A DNA stretch of 64,000 bases, from positions 192,998 through 256,997 of the forward strand of contig JAJYHZ010000002.1 of NCBI GenBank assembly GCA_021796335.1. The letters are read 5' to 3'. The notes below the pieces were generated by a model, which saw only the letters and a list, made by a program, of their open reading frames with translations, did no database searches and was not told the DNA's origin. Of this stretch, positions 10,561 through 19,398 are shown one piece after another; position 1 is the first letter of the stretch, and each line of letters opens with the position of its first letter. Source of the stretch: a bacterium. GTDB lineage: Bacteria; Patescibacteriota; Minisyncoccia; UBA6257; UBA9933. The translations under genes and the position numbers were made by a program.

Positions 10561-11094
10561 ATGAGCGGTCATAATAAATGGTCTCAAATTAAAAATAAGA
10601 AAGGAGCAACGGATAAAAAACGTAGCCAGATTTTTTCAAAATTATTAAAAGCAATTACAGTCGCCGCCAAGAATGAACCGAATTCTCAGTTTAATCCGAC
10701 TTTAAGGTCGGCGATTGAAAAAGCGAAAGAAAACCAGGTGCCTCAGGAAAATATTGAGAGAGCCATTAAAAAAGCTTCCGAGTCAGGAGATAATTTGGAA
10801 AAATTAATAATGGAAGCATACGGCTCGAATGGTTCGGCATTGCTGGTTCTTGCGATAACGGACAATAAAAACAGGACGGTAAGCGAAGTTAAAAAAATCT
10901 TAAAGGACAATGATGCAAAATGGGCGGATCCCGGAAGCGTCATGTGGGCATTCGAAAAAACAGGCGATGATTATCGGCCAAAGTTCCCGCAGGATGTTTC
11001 CGAGGAGGAAAAGCAGAAATTGGAAAACCTTCTTGATGTTTTGGACGATTACGACGATGTTCAGGAGGTTATTACGAATGCGAAGCTAGAATAG
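10561..11094 (+). CDS. YebC/PmpR-family transcriptional regulator (short form, 177 aa)
   Basis: MSGHNKWSQIKNKKGATDKKRSQIFSKLLKAITVAAK N-terminus diagnostic of YebC; conserved yebC-ruvC gene order. Confidence 0.75.
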   Translation: MSGHNKWSQIKNKKGATDKKRSQIFSKLLKAITVAAKNEPNSQFNPTLRSAIEKAKENQVPQENIERAIKKASESGDNLEKLIMEAYGSNGSALLVLAITDNKNRTVSEVKKILKDNDAKWADPGSVMWAFEKTGDDYRPKFPQDVSEEEKQKLENLLDVLDDYDDVQEVITNAKLE

Positions 11095-11177
11095 GACTAC
11101 AATCTGCAGTCTACGGATTATGGCAAATGAATTACATATTGCTATAGTCTGTAGTCAGTAGACCGTAAGCAGTTTTA

Positions 11178-11660
11178 ATGAAAATTTTAGGAATAGATCC
11201 GGGAACAACCCGGGCGGGATACGGTTTAATAGAGATGAAATCTTTCAATTCTTTTGAATTTTTGGATTGCGGCCTTTTGGAGATTGTCTCAAAAAACAAG
11301 GAAGAACGCCTGGCGGAGCTGGGGAATTCCTTTGAAAAACTTTTAAAAAAAGAAAAACCGGATGCAGTTGCGCTGGAAAAATTATTTTTTATGAAAAATA
11401 TAAAAACCGGAATAGATGTGGCGCAGGCGCGCGGGATTCTGGTCTATCTAGCGGCAAAAAACAAAATTCCAATTTTGGAGATTGCGCCTTCGGAAGTGAA
11501 ATCAAATATAACAGGACATGGAGCCGCGGACAAAAAAGCGGTGGGGAAAATGGTTTGCAGAATTCTAAAAATAGAAAAAATCAACGGGCCGGATGACGTG
11601 TCCGACGCTTTGGCAATCGCGATTGCCGGTTCAGCATATCTTAAATTAACAAAACTTTAA
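11178..11660 (+). CDS. ruvC: crossover junction endodeoxyribonuclease RuvC
   Basis: MKILGIDPGTTRAGYGLIE RNase-H-like N-terminus; length 160 aa. Confidence 0.85.
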   Translation: MKILGIDPGTTRAGYGLIEMKSFNSFEFLDCGLLEIVSKNKEERLAELGNSFEKLLKKEKPDAVALEKLFFMKNIKTGIDVAQARGILVYLAAKNKIPILEIAPSEVKSNITGHGAADKKAVGKMVCRILKIEKINGPDDVSDALAIAIAGSAYLKLTKL

Positions 11661-11718
11661 CATTTTTCTAATTTAAAGGCAGTTGCATTATCTTACAAAT
11701 AAATAAAGGGAGGATGGG

Positions 11719-12168
11719 ATGGGAAAGAAAGGCGATACAACAGAAGAAGTCCAAAAAGTCGAATGCTTTGCGGTTAATAATAATAAAAGCATTCCGTTTG
11801 CGGAATGCCTGAGAATGGGATCCGCCTATAAACGGAACCTGGACGTTTGTACGAAAAATAATTGCACGAGTTTTTGCAGATTATGCCCGACATGCATAAC
11901 AAACGGGCTTAAGGGCGACCTCATGGTGACTTATCCAAAGTATGTCGTTATCCCCGGGACGGGTCATTGTAAAGATCATCAAACTCCGGAGGAGAAAGCT
12001 CAGGCGACGTTTTACTGTCCGGAATATCGGACGGAAATATCGCGGGAGCGGTGCATAAACACAAGCGGGCATTCTGATCAAAATGGGAAATGCGCGGGGC
12101 ATGAATGCGAAAGCCCATGGCGCATATGTGTGGTTTGCGTTAAATTTCATTCATGCAAAACGGAATAG
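11719..12168 (+). CDS. cysteine-rich hypothetical protein
   Basis: 149 aa with ~20 Cys in CxxC-like spacing; overlaps next ORF in different frame. Confidence 0.35.
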   Translation: MGKKGDTTEEVQKVECFAVNNNKSIPFAECLRMGSAYKRNLDVCTKNNCTSFCRLCPTCITNGLKGDLMVTYPKYVVIPGTGHCKDHQTPEEKAQATFYCPEYRTEISRERCINTSGHSDQNGKCAGHECESPWRICVVCVKFHSCKTE

Positions 12169-12761
12169 GGGAAAGATGCGCCTGTAAGGACGCTGCAAGG
12201 GGAAAATGCGAAACGCATCTTAAAAGCCCTTGGGCTTCTCAGAACTGGACAATAGACGTCAGCAGGGAGGAGAAAAAAGATATGGGCGAAAAGAGTCTTC
12301 TGGGCAAAATCAGCGATGCCGTGGCTAAAGGAGATGGTCCGAGTAAGATTTCCAGAGATTTCGGCATAGATATTGCCACCGCATCGAAGTATAAAAAAAT
12401 AATAGATTCTGGGATTGCTCCTGTTAAGGACGCGCTAATAAAGGGCGACATCGGCCTTGCTGCGGCTGTGCTTCTTTCGAAGCAGCCAGGCGATGTTCAG
12501 AGTAAAGTAATAAATACTATTATCGAAAAGGCGTTGAAAGGGAAAAAGGCCGGAAGCTTTATAAAAAGTTTCATTAAAGGAAAAGGGAACGGAACCGATG
12601 ACGGCTGTAGCTGTAAGTCTGTCGCAATTCCTTCGCCGGACACTCTCTCAGCTTCATCGCCTTTACCGGAAAAAGGCGGGGGCATTGGAAAAATCTATTC
12701 TGAAGCCAGGAAGGTTATAATAGAAATTCCTGGCGGCATAAAAATAACAATTGAAAAGTAA
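12153..12761 (+). CDS. hypothetical protein with Cys-rich N-terminus and HTH-like segments
   Basis: ISRDFGIDIATASKYKK and IKGDIGLAAAVLL helix-turn-helix-like stretches; possible frameshifted continuation of 11719 ORF. Confidence 0.35.
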   Translation: MQNGIGERCACKDAARGKCETHLKSPWASQNWTIDVSREEKKDMGEKSLLGKISDAVAKGDGPSKISRDFGIDIATASKYKKIIDSGIAPVKDALIKGDIGLAAAVLLSKQPGDVQSKVINTIIEKALKGKKAGSFIKSFIKGKGNGTDDGCSCKSVAIPSPDTLSASSPLPEKGGGIGKIYSEARKVIIEIPGGIKITIEK

Positions 12762-12767
12762 GCCAGC

Positions 12768-12793
12768 GGGCGGCGGAAGCCGCCCCTTTTTTT
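12768..12793 (+). terminator. rho-independent terminator
   Basis: gggcggc-ggaa-gccgccc followed by cttttttt. Confidence 0.7.
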
Positions 12794-12828
12794 GGTTAAA
12801 AAAAGCGGAGAATTTCCCCGCTTCAGAG

Positions 12829-13065
12829 TTAATCTTCAAGCGTAATTATATTCTGCCATTCTTTATCCTCTGCCCTCTTTTCAAAATCCAAAGCATAAGC
12901 CTCGGATGTTTTGAAATATCTAAGCTTTTTGATAAAATAAAAGAAAAAAAACCTCTCATTTAAAGCAATCCAAAACAATATTGTCGCTATGGTAACTTTA
13001 GCAAATATCCAGAGACCGGAATTGATGACAAGAACTATCAATGGCAGGGTAAGGGCGTAAAACAT
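12829..13065 (-). CDS. small hypothetical membrane protein
   Basis: 78 aa, two predicted TM helices. Confidence 0.3.
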   Translation of the reverse strand: MFYALTLPLIVLVINSGLWIFAKVTIATILFWIALNERFFFFYFIKKLRYFKTSEAYALDFEKRAEDKEWQNIITLED

Positions 13066-13081
13066 TAAAGGGAAAGAATAT

Positions 13082-13432
13082 TTAAATATGATTTTTTTTC
13101 TTTAATGTTTTGTCCGGGAAATTAAAGTAAAAATCCCAGTGCCCGACTTCGTGCGCCAAGATCATTGTTATCTGCTCACGAAATTTTTCATTGAGATTGT
13201 TTAAATCCGGATTATTTATGTTGCAAATCCAAGCAATCGCCCAGATTTTCCAATTGTCGATTGTTATTATGTTTGAAAATAAGCTGAATGTTCCTAGGAC
13301 GGCGATTGGAGAAATCGATTTAAAAATTAATTCGGGCAAGGGATAGCTTCCCCTTTCCGCCATTAATTTTTTCAAGAGCTGTAAATTTAAATTGAATTTT
13401 GGCATTGGTGGAATTTCTCTGAATTTAAACAA
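13082..13432 (-). CDS. small HExxH-motif protein (possible ImmA/IrrE- or DUF45-like metallopeptidase remnant)
   Basis: ILAHEVGHWDF motif near C-terminus; 116 aa. Confidence 0.35.
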   Translation of the reverse strand: MFKFREIPPMPKFNLNLQLLKKLMAERGSYPLPELIFKSISPIAVLGTFSLFSNIITIDNWKIWAIAWICNINNPDLNNLNEKFREQITMILAHEVGHWDFYFNFPDKTLKKKNHI

Positions 13433-13559
13433 ATCATACCTCCCTTATTAAATTTTTATTTTCTAAAAGCATGGAATCAAAAGAAGGCCGCAAAGTCAAT
13501 AATATTATTTAATAAATAAGCTAGCGCTGTTCGGAAACCAGCAAAATAAAAAGGTTTTT

Positions 13560-13639
13560 GTCATACTGAGCGTAAGCGAAGCATCTCGCACCCTCAGAAA
13601 AACTCGATTCCTTCTCCGCCTTTGACGGATCAGAATGAC
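13560..13639. repeat. MITE-like dispersed repeat copy 1 (gtcatactga...ccgcctttgacggatcagaatgac; terminal inverted ends)
   Basis: related copies at 28216-28280, 49096-49158, 52455-52545; ends gtcatactga / tcagaatgac are inverted. Confidence 0.6.
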
Positions 13640-13761
13640 CGAGGGGAAGTTTCCGGGCAGAGGAATGACACTATCCAGAAATAAGCTTGACTTTATGAGC
13701 TAATAAGGTGTATTATTTATATAAAGAGAAATCCGCAGGTCGCGGGTTTTTTTAAAAAAAC

Positions 13762-13857
13762 AAATTTACACGAATGAGTAACGAATCTGCACGAATCACG
13801 AATATTGTTTATCGGTGATTCGTGAAAATTTGTTTTTAATTTGTGAGAATTCGTAAA
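13762..13857. promoter_or_regulatory. array of CACGAAT/CACAAAT heptamers in direct and inverted orientation immediately upstream of nusA
   Basis: acacgaat, aacgaat, cacgaat-cacgaat, then gtgattcgtg, atttgtt, atttgtg, attcgta; same word family flanks GxxExxY gene at 50609-50652/51024-51070. Confidence 0.5.
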
Positions 13858-13860
13858 TAG

Positions 13861-15057
13861 ATGTTGGATCTCAAATCACTTAACTGGGCGGTCAAACAAA
13901 TCGCGGAAGAAAAAGGATTGGCTGAAGACCAGGTGGCGGAAGCGGTGGAATCCGCGATTGCCGCAGCTTATAAAAAGGAATATTGCAAGAAGGGGGAAGT
14001 TGTAAAAGCGAAACTTGATTTAAAATCCGGTGATTTGAAATTCTGGAAAATCAAAACCGTTGTTGACGAATCAATGGTCAGAATTTTGACTGATGAAGAA
14101 GCGGCAGCTGAAGAGCCGCCCAAAGAAGGCGAAGAAAGACTGCCGCGGTATAATCCGGACAGGCATATTTTAATCGACGAGGCGAAAGCAACAGATCCGA
14201 ATGCAAATTTAGGAGATGAACTGCAATTTGAATTGGAAGTTCATCAGGATTTTGGAAGAATTGCTGCACAAACTGCTAAGCAGGTCATTTTGCAAAAAAT
14301 CCGTGAAGCGGAAAGAGACTCCATTAAAAAAGAATTCATTAATAAAGAAGGCGAGATAATCAGCGGCGTCATTCAGCGAATCGAAAGAGGAAATGTTTTT
14401 GTCGATCTCGGCCGCGCCATGGGAATCATGTTTTTCAACGAAGCGATTCCGGGAGAAAGATACAGAATTAGTGAAAGATTGAGATTTTATGTGGTGGCGG
14501 TTCAGGAAGAAGAAGGAAAGAGACCGGGAATTATTTTATCGCGTTCGCATCCGAACTTTGTTTCCAAGCTTTTTGAGCTGGAAGTTCCGGAAATTGCGGA
14601 AGGACTGGTGGAGATTAAAGCAATTGCGAGGGAAGCGGGAAACAGGACGAAAATTGCCGTGTTTTCTAAAGAAGAGGGAGTTGATCCTATAGGCGCTTGC
14701 GTCGGACAAAGGGGAACTCGCGTCATGGCGGTTACCAATGAGCTGGGAAACGAGAAAATCGATATTATCGAATGGCATGAAGATCCTGCTAAGTTTATTG
14801 CTGCGAGTTTGTCGCCGGCAAAAGTCATCAATGTCGATATTCTGCCGCGCCGGGAAGCGAAAGTTTTGGTCAACGACGATCAATTAAGTCTGGCAATCGG
14901 AAAAGACGGGCAAAACGCCAGATTGGCGGCAAAACTCACCGGATGGAAAATAGATATCCGCTCGCAGCAAAATCCGGATGCGGTTCAGGAAGGAGGAGTT
15001 TACGGGGAAGAAGCAGCCGGAAAGGATGATTCTGCTAAAGCCGAATCTGGAGAATAA
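13861..15057 (+). CDS. nusA: transcription termination/antitermination factor NusA
   Basis: N-terminal domain, S1 domain GEIISGVIQRIERGNVFVDLG, two KH domains with GxxG (GKDGQNARLAAKLTGWKIDI). Confidence 0.9.
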   Translation: MLDLKSLNWAVKQIAEEKGLAEDQVAEAVESAIAAAYKKEYCKKGEVVKAKLDLKSGDLKFWKIKTVVDESMVRILTDEEAAAEEPPKEGEERLPRYNPDRHILIDEAKATDPNANLGDELQFELEVHQDFGRIAAQTAKQVILQKIREAERDSIKKEFINKEGEIISGVIQRIERGNVFVDLGRAMGIMFFNEAIPGERYRISERLRFYVVAVQEEEGKRPGIILSRSHPNFVSKLFELEVPEIAEGLVEIKAIAREAGNRTKIAVFSKEEGVDPIGACVGQRGTRVMAVTNELGNEKIDIIEWHEDPAKFIAASLSPAKVINVDILPRREAKVLVNDDQLSLAIGKDGQNARLAAKLTGWKIDIRSQQNPDAVQEGGVYGEEAAGKDDSAKAESGE

Positions 15058-15169
15058 ATAATTTTTGAGATAAAATAAATAATGTAAAAAGTTTTTAACG
15101 TTCGCAAAGTTTTTAAGGCAATTAATCCAGTGCTTTATAAACTTTTGACATTATAACTTTATAAACTAA

Positions 15170-15721
15170 ATGGGTATTTATAATGTTAAAATCGGGGACG
15201 AGGCACCCGAGGTAATAAATGCGGTAATTGAAATACCGAAAAACAGCCAGAATAAATACGAATACGACGAAAAAGGAAATTATTTCAAACTGGATCGCGT
15301 GCTTTATTCCCCTATGCATTATCCGGCCGATTACGGATTTATTCCGGAGACCAGATCGGAAGACGGAGATCACTTAGACGTCATTATTCTAGGAAGTGAT
15401 CCGCTTTTTACGGGCTGCGTGGTGGCGATAAGGCCTATTGGCATTTTAAAGATGATTGATGACGGCGATCCGGATTTTAAAATTTTGGCGGTTCAGGAAA
15501 AAAATCCGCGATTTAAAAATATTAAAGACATCAAAGATATCGAATCCACTCATGAACATTCATTAAAAGAAATCGCGCATTTTTTCCAGGTCTATAAGGA
15601 CTTACAAGGGAAAAAGGTGGAAATTCAGGGCTGGGAAGGAAAAATGGCGGCTATTGAAGAAATAAAAAAAGCGCAGGAAACATTTGCGAATGAAACAAAA
15701 GAAGTGGAGTTGGTTAAATAA
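15170..15721 (+). CDS. ppa: inorganic pyrophosphatase (family I)
   Basis: YPADYGFIPETRSEDGDHLDVIIL signature. Confidence 0.9.
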   Translation: MGIYNVKIGDEAPEVINAVIEIPKNSQNKYEYDEKGNYFKLDRVLYSPMHYPADYGFIPETRSEDGDHLDVIILGSDPLFTGCVVAIRPIGILKMIDDGDPDFKILAVQEKNPRFKNIKDIKDIESTHEHSLKEIAHFFQVYKDLQGKKVEIQGWEGKMAAIEEIKKAQETFANETKEVELVK

Positions 15722-15749
15722 AAAAACAATCACTTGAATCAACTATTAA

Positions 15750-16373
15750 ATGGAAAATAAAAAAAATAACGAACAAATTTATAATCAATATCTGATTCCG
15801 ACCATTATTGAGAAGACTCAATACGGCGAAAGAGCTTACGATATTTATTCGAGGCTTTTAAAAGAAAGAATCATTTTTTTGGGGGGGGTGATTAATGACC
15901 AGGTTGCGAATATCATTATCGCCCAGCTTTTGTTTTTGGAAAACGAAGATTCGAAAAAAGACATTACTCTTTATATTAATTCTCCGGGAGGGTCGGTTTA
16001 CGCGGGCATGGCGATTTACGACACCATGCAATATATTAAACCGGATGTTTCGACAATTTGTGTCGGAATGGCGGCTTCAATGGGGGCATTTTTGCTTTTA
16101 TCCGGGGCTAAGGGAAAGAGAATTGCCTTGCCGAATTCCCAGATTTTGCTTCACCAGGTGATGGGAGGTGCGGAAGGCCAGGCGACGGACGTGGCGATTA
16201 CAGCCAAACAAATCGTAAAAGTGAAAGATAAGCTGAATCAGATTATTTCCAAGCATACCGGACAGTCGTTTGCAAAAGTGGAAAAAGATACGGATAGGGA
16301 TTTTTATATGACTCCGCAGGAAGCTAAAGAATACGGAGTAATTGATGAAATTATTAAGTCAAAAGGAAGATGA
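15750..16373 (+). CDS. clpP: ATP-dependent Clp protease proteolytic subunit
   Basis: [42 protein letters not shown] with catalytic Ser/His context. Confidence 0.9.
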   Translation: MENKKNNEQIYNQYLIPTIIEKTQYGERAYDIYSRLLKERIIFLGGVINDQVANIIIAQLLFLENEDSKKDITLYINSPGGSVYAGMAIYDTMQYIKPDVSTICVGMAASMGAFLLLSGAKGKRIALPNSQILLHQVMGGAEGQATDVAITAKQIVKVKDKLNQIISKHTGQSFAKVEKDTDRDFYMTPQEAKEYGVIDEIIKSKGR

Positions 16374-16410
16374 TTAAAATAGCGACGAGCGTATTAGAGA
16401 CAAGGTAAAA

Positions 16411-16437
16411 ACAATCCTAAAAGCGGATTGTTTTTTT
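16411..16437 (+). terminator. rho-independent terminator after clpP
   Basis: caatcc-taaaagc-ggattg + ttttttt. Confidence 0.7.
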
Positions 16438-16462
16438 ATGGGCGTTAAAATATTATTTTTAT

Positions 16463-17032
16463 ATGCAGCCAGCCGAATTTGAAATCTTATTTGAAAAAGT
16501 TGCCAGTCTAATAACTTTGGATATGTTTGCAAAAGAAACGGATTTGGAAGGCAATTTCCCCAAAAAAGATCCGAAAACCTCCGCATGGGATGCGGTAGAT
16601 ATATTTTGCGATAATGAATACATAGACATCGGAGACGGCAGATACGTCTCGAATAAAGTTTTTTCCAAAGTTAGGGTGCCGTTTTTTATTATTTTGGCGG
16701 AATTTGAAAGCAGATTATTTCGAATTCACGAGTGGAATGGAGAGAATATCAATGAGTTAAATGATAAAAACCTGAATGACTATATAAAAGAATTAACAAA
16801 TAATCCCGAACTGATGAAACTGCAAAAAGAATACAGGAATAGGAGCGAATTTATGAATGATATGAAAGCGATCAGTTCATTTAGAAACATAATTATGCAC
16901 GTTAATAATAATTTGGAAAAAAACGTGAGCATAGAAACAGTTGTAAAGAGGAAAAAGCAGATTTTCAGGGTTTTGGCCGCATTGCAGGAGATTTTGGACA
17001 AAATGGCGAGTTCCGCATTAAAGAATCGATAA
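16463..17032 (+). CDS. hypothetical protein with HEPN-type RNxxxH motif (possible standalone HEPN RNase / Abi-like)
   Basis: SSFRNIIMHVNNN matches R-[NHQ]-x3-H HEPN catalytic motif in predicted helical C-terminal half; no partner gene evident. Confidence 0.4.
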   Translation: MQPAEFEILFEKVASLITLDMFAKETDLEGNFPKKDPKTSAWDAVDIFCDNEYIDIGDGRYVSNKVFSKVRVPFFIILAEFESRLFRIHEWNGENINELNDKNLNDYIKELTNNPELMKLQKEYRNRSEFMNDMKAISSFRNIIMHVNNNLEKNVSIETVVKRKKQIFRVLAALQEILDKMASSALKNR

Positions 17033-17119
17033 GATAAAACGTCTGGGCGGTTTTATCATGGGTTGTTTTTTATTCTTGATAAATTTATACTGATTTAAAT
17101 CTAATTAATTTTAAAAATT

Positions 17120-18160
17120 ATGAAAGTGTTATTTTCAGAGATTGAAAATTGGGAAGCGGATTATATAAAGCGACAAATCGGCAATCAGGCGGAATTATTT
17201 TTCAACGAGCAGAAAATAATCAAAAGCAATCTTCCGGAACAAAAAGACTTTGATGCAATTTCAGTTTTTGTCGGTTCGAAAATAGACAAGGAAGTAATAG
17301 ATAACTTTCCAAATTTAAAATTAATTACAACCAGGTCAACGGGTTTTGATCATATTGATTTGGATTATGCCAAACAAAAAGGGATCCAGGTGGGATATGT
17401 GCCGGGATACGGAGACAATACCGTGGCGGAATACGCTTTCGGATTACTTTTGGCATTATCAAGAAAAATTTATGACGGAGTCGATCGAATCAAGGAAACG
17501 GAAAATTTCAATTTTGACGGTTTGCGAGGGTTTGATTTAAAAGGGAAAACAATGGGAGTTTTGGGAACCGGGAGAATCGGCCAGCATACCATCAAAATCG
17601 CCAACGGATTCGGCATGAATGTGATCGCTTATGACGCTTTCCAGAAAGAAGAATTGGCGCAAAGTTTGAATTTCAAATACGTTTCTTTGGATGAATTATT
17701 GGGGCAGGCGGATGTAATCAGCATTCATTTGCCATATATTGCTCCTTCGACAATTTCAGGGCAAGCGTCAACGCATCATTTGATAAATAAAGACAATATT
17801 TCAAAAATTAAAAAAGGGGCGATTTTGATCAATACGGCTCGCGGGGCGATTGTGGAAACCGATGCATTGGTGCAGGCTCTGCAACAAGGAATTCTGGGCG
17901 GAGCCGGATTGGACGTTCTGGAAGAAGAAGGGGTTTTGCAGGTTGAGAGGGGAATGGCGTTTAGGGACAGTTTGCGAAGCGCGGATATGAAAACTGTTTT
18001 GGAAGATCATGTTCTGATGCAAATGCCCAATGTTCTGATTACGCCGCATAACGCTTTTAACACAGTTGAAGCTTTAAAAAGAATATTGGATACTGACATA
18101 AACAATATTAAATTTTATTTAAGCAAATCGCAGGTTTCTTTCCCTGTTCCGGCAAAATAA
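17120..18160 (+). CDS. D-isomer-specific 2-hydroxyacid dehydrogenase (D-lactate dehydrogenase-like)
   Basis: NAD-binding GVLGTGRIGQ, catalytic R/E/H arrangement, 346 aa. Confidence 0.8.
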   Translation: MKVLFSEIENWEADYIKRQIGNQAELFFNEQKIIKSNLPEQKDFDAISVFVGSKIDKEVIDNFPNLKLITTRSTGFDHIDLDYAKQKGIQVGYVPGYGDNTVAEYAFGLLLALSRKIYDGVDRIKETENFNFDGLRGFDLKGKTMGVLGTGRIGQHTIKIANGFGMNVIAYDAFQKEELAQSLNFKYVSLDELLGQADVISIHLPYIAPSTISGQASTHHLINKDNISKIKKGAILINTARGAIVETDALVQALQQGILGGAGLDVLEEEGVLQVERGMAFRDSLRSADMKTVLEDHVLMQMPNVLITPHNAFNTVEALKRILDTDINNIKFYLSKSQVSFPVPAK

Positions 18161-18307
18161 ATGAGAAATAAAAAAGGATTTATACAGGTTCTGATAATTT
18201 TGGCAATAATCGGCGCGATAATTTTTGCGATTGTTTGGTTTGTGCAAAATCAACAATGGAGCAAAATCGAAAATACTAATAATAATAATGTAACTAATAC
18301 CCAATAA
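18161..18307 (+). CDS. putative 48-aa single-TM peptide (not in ORF track, <60 aa)
   Basis: ATG directly abuts ldh stop; MRNKKGFIQVLIILAIIGAIIFAIVWFVQNQQWSKIENTNNNNVTNTQ; ends 4 nt before gap start. Confidence 0.3.
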   Translation: MRNKKGFIQVLIILAIIGAIIFAIVWFVQNQQWSKIENTNNNNVTNTQ

Positions 18308-18311
18308 TAAT

Positions 18312-19382
18312 ATGACAAAAATAGCGATAAACGGTTTTGGCAGGATTGGCCGGTTGTTTTTAAGACAGGCGATCGAATTATCTTTTCGACAAGCTCAGGG
18401 CGAACCGGAATTGGAAATTGTGGCAATCAATGATTTGGGGAATTTAGAAAATCTTGCCTACTTGTTGAAATATGATTCTACTTACAGACAGTTTCCTGGA
18501 GAGGTTTCATTTGAGGGCGATCCTTTGACAGGCTCAGGAAAAATCATAATAAGCGGAAAGGGAATAAAATTTATTTCCGAAAAAGACCCGACCAAATTAC
18601 CGTGGAAAGATTTGGGAGTGGATATTGTTGTTGAATCAACAGGAGTTTTTGAGACCTTTGAAAAGTCAAAAGCGCATATTAATGCGGGCGCAAAAAGAGT
18701 GGTTTTAACTGCGCCGGCAAAAGATGCTGACGGAACTTTCGGAAGAACAATTCTAGTCGGGATGAATGAAGGTGAAATAAAATCCTTTGAAATAACTTCG
18801 AATGCGTCATGCACAACCAACGCCACTTCGCCGGTAATCGCGATTATGGCGGAAACAATCGGTATTGAAAAAGCGATTTTAAGCACTGTGCATGCAATGA
18901 CAAACACTCAAACCGTTGTTGATACGGCGGTGAGGGGAGGTGATTTCAGGCGGGGAAGAGCGGCAAGCCATAATATAATTCCGTCAACAACCGGAGCGGC
19001 AATTGCCGTGACGAAAGTTTACAAAGATTTGGAAGGAAAATTTGACGGAATCGCCATGAGAGTTCCGGTAATAACCGGTTCAATCGCGGATATTACTTTT
19101 GTGGCCAAAAGAAAAACTTCAACTGAGGAAATTAAAGAAATTTTCAAAAAAGCGGCGGAATCCGAACAATGGAAGGGAATTTTAAAAGTAACGGAGGATC
19201 AGATCGTTTCCAGCGACATAATAGGCCAGCCGTACGGAGCGATTGTTGATTTGAAATTTACAAAAGTAATAGATGGCGATTTGGTAAAAATTCTGTCGTG
19301 GTATGATAATGAATGGGGGTATACGGCAATGCTGGTAAAACATGTTTTAAAAGCAGCCGAATTAATAACTAACGGCCAATAG
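18312..19382 (+). CDS. gap: glyceraldehyde-3-phosphate dehydrogenase, type I
   Basis: INGFGRIGR NAD motif, active-site SNASCTTN, C-terminal WYDNEWGY. Confidence 0.9.
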   Translation: MTKIAINGFGRIGRLFLRQAIELSFRQAQGEPELEIVAINDLGNLENLAYLLKYDSTYRQFPGEVSFEGDPLTGSGKIIISGKGIKFISEKDPTKLPWKDLGVDIVVESTGVFETFEKSKAHINAGAKRVVLTAPAKDADGTFGRTILVGMNEGEIKSFEITSNASCTTNATSPVIAIMAETIGIEKAILSTVHAMTNTQTVVDTAVRGGDFRRGRAASHNIIPSTTGAAIAVTKVYKDLEGKFDGIAMRVPVITGSIADITFVAKRKTSTEEIKEIFKKAAESEQWKGILKVTEDQIVSSDIIGQPYGAIVDLKFTKVIDGDLVKILSWYDNEWGYTAMLVKHVLKAAELITNGQ

Positions 19383-19398
19383 CAAATAACTATTTACT

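Noticed and set aside
13737-13760. ccgc-aggtc-gcgg + ttttttt as a terminator upstream of nusA
   Set aside because: The stem is only 4 bp. The element is on the + strand with no + strand gene ending upstream. It is more likely part of the AT-rich promoter region.
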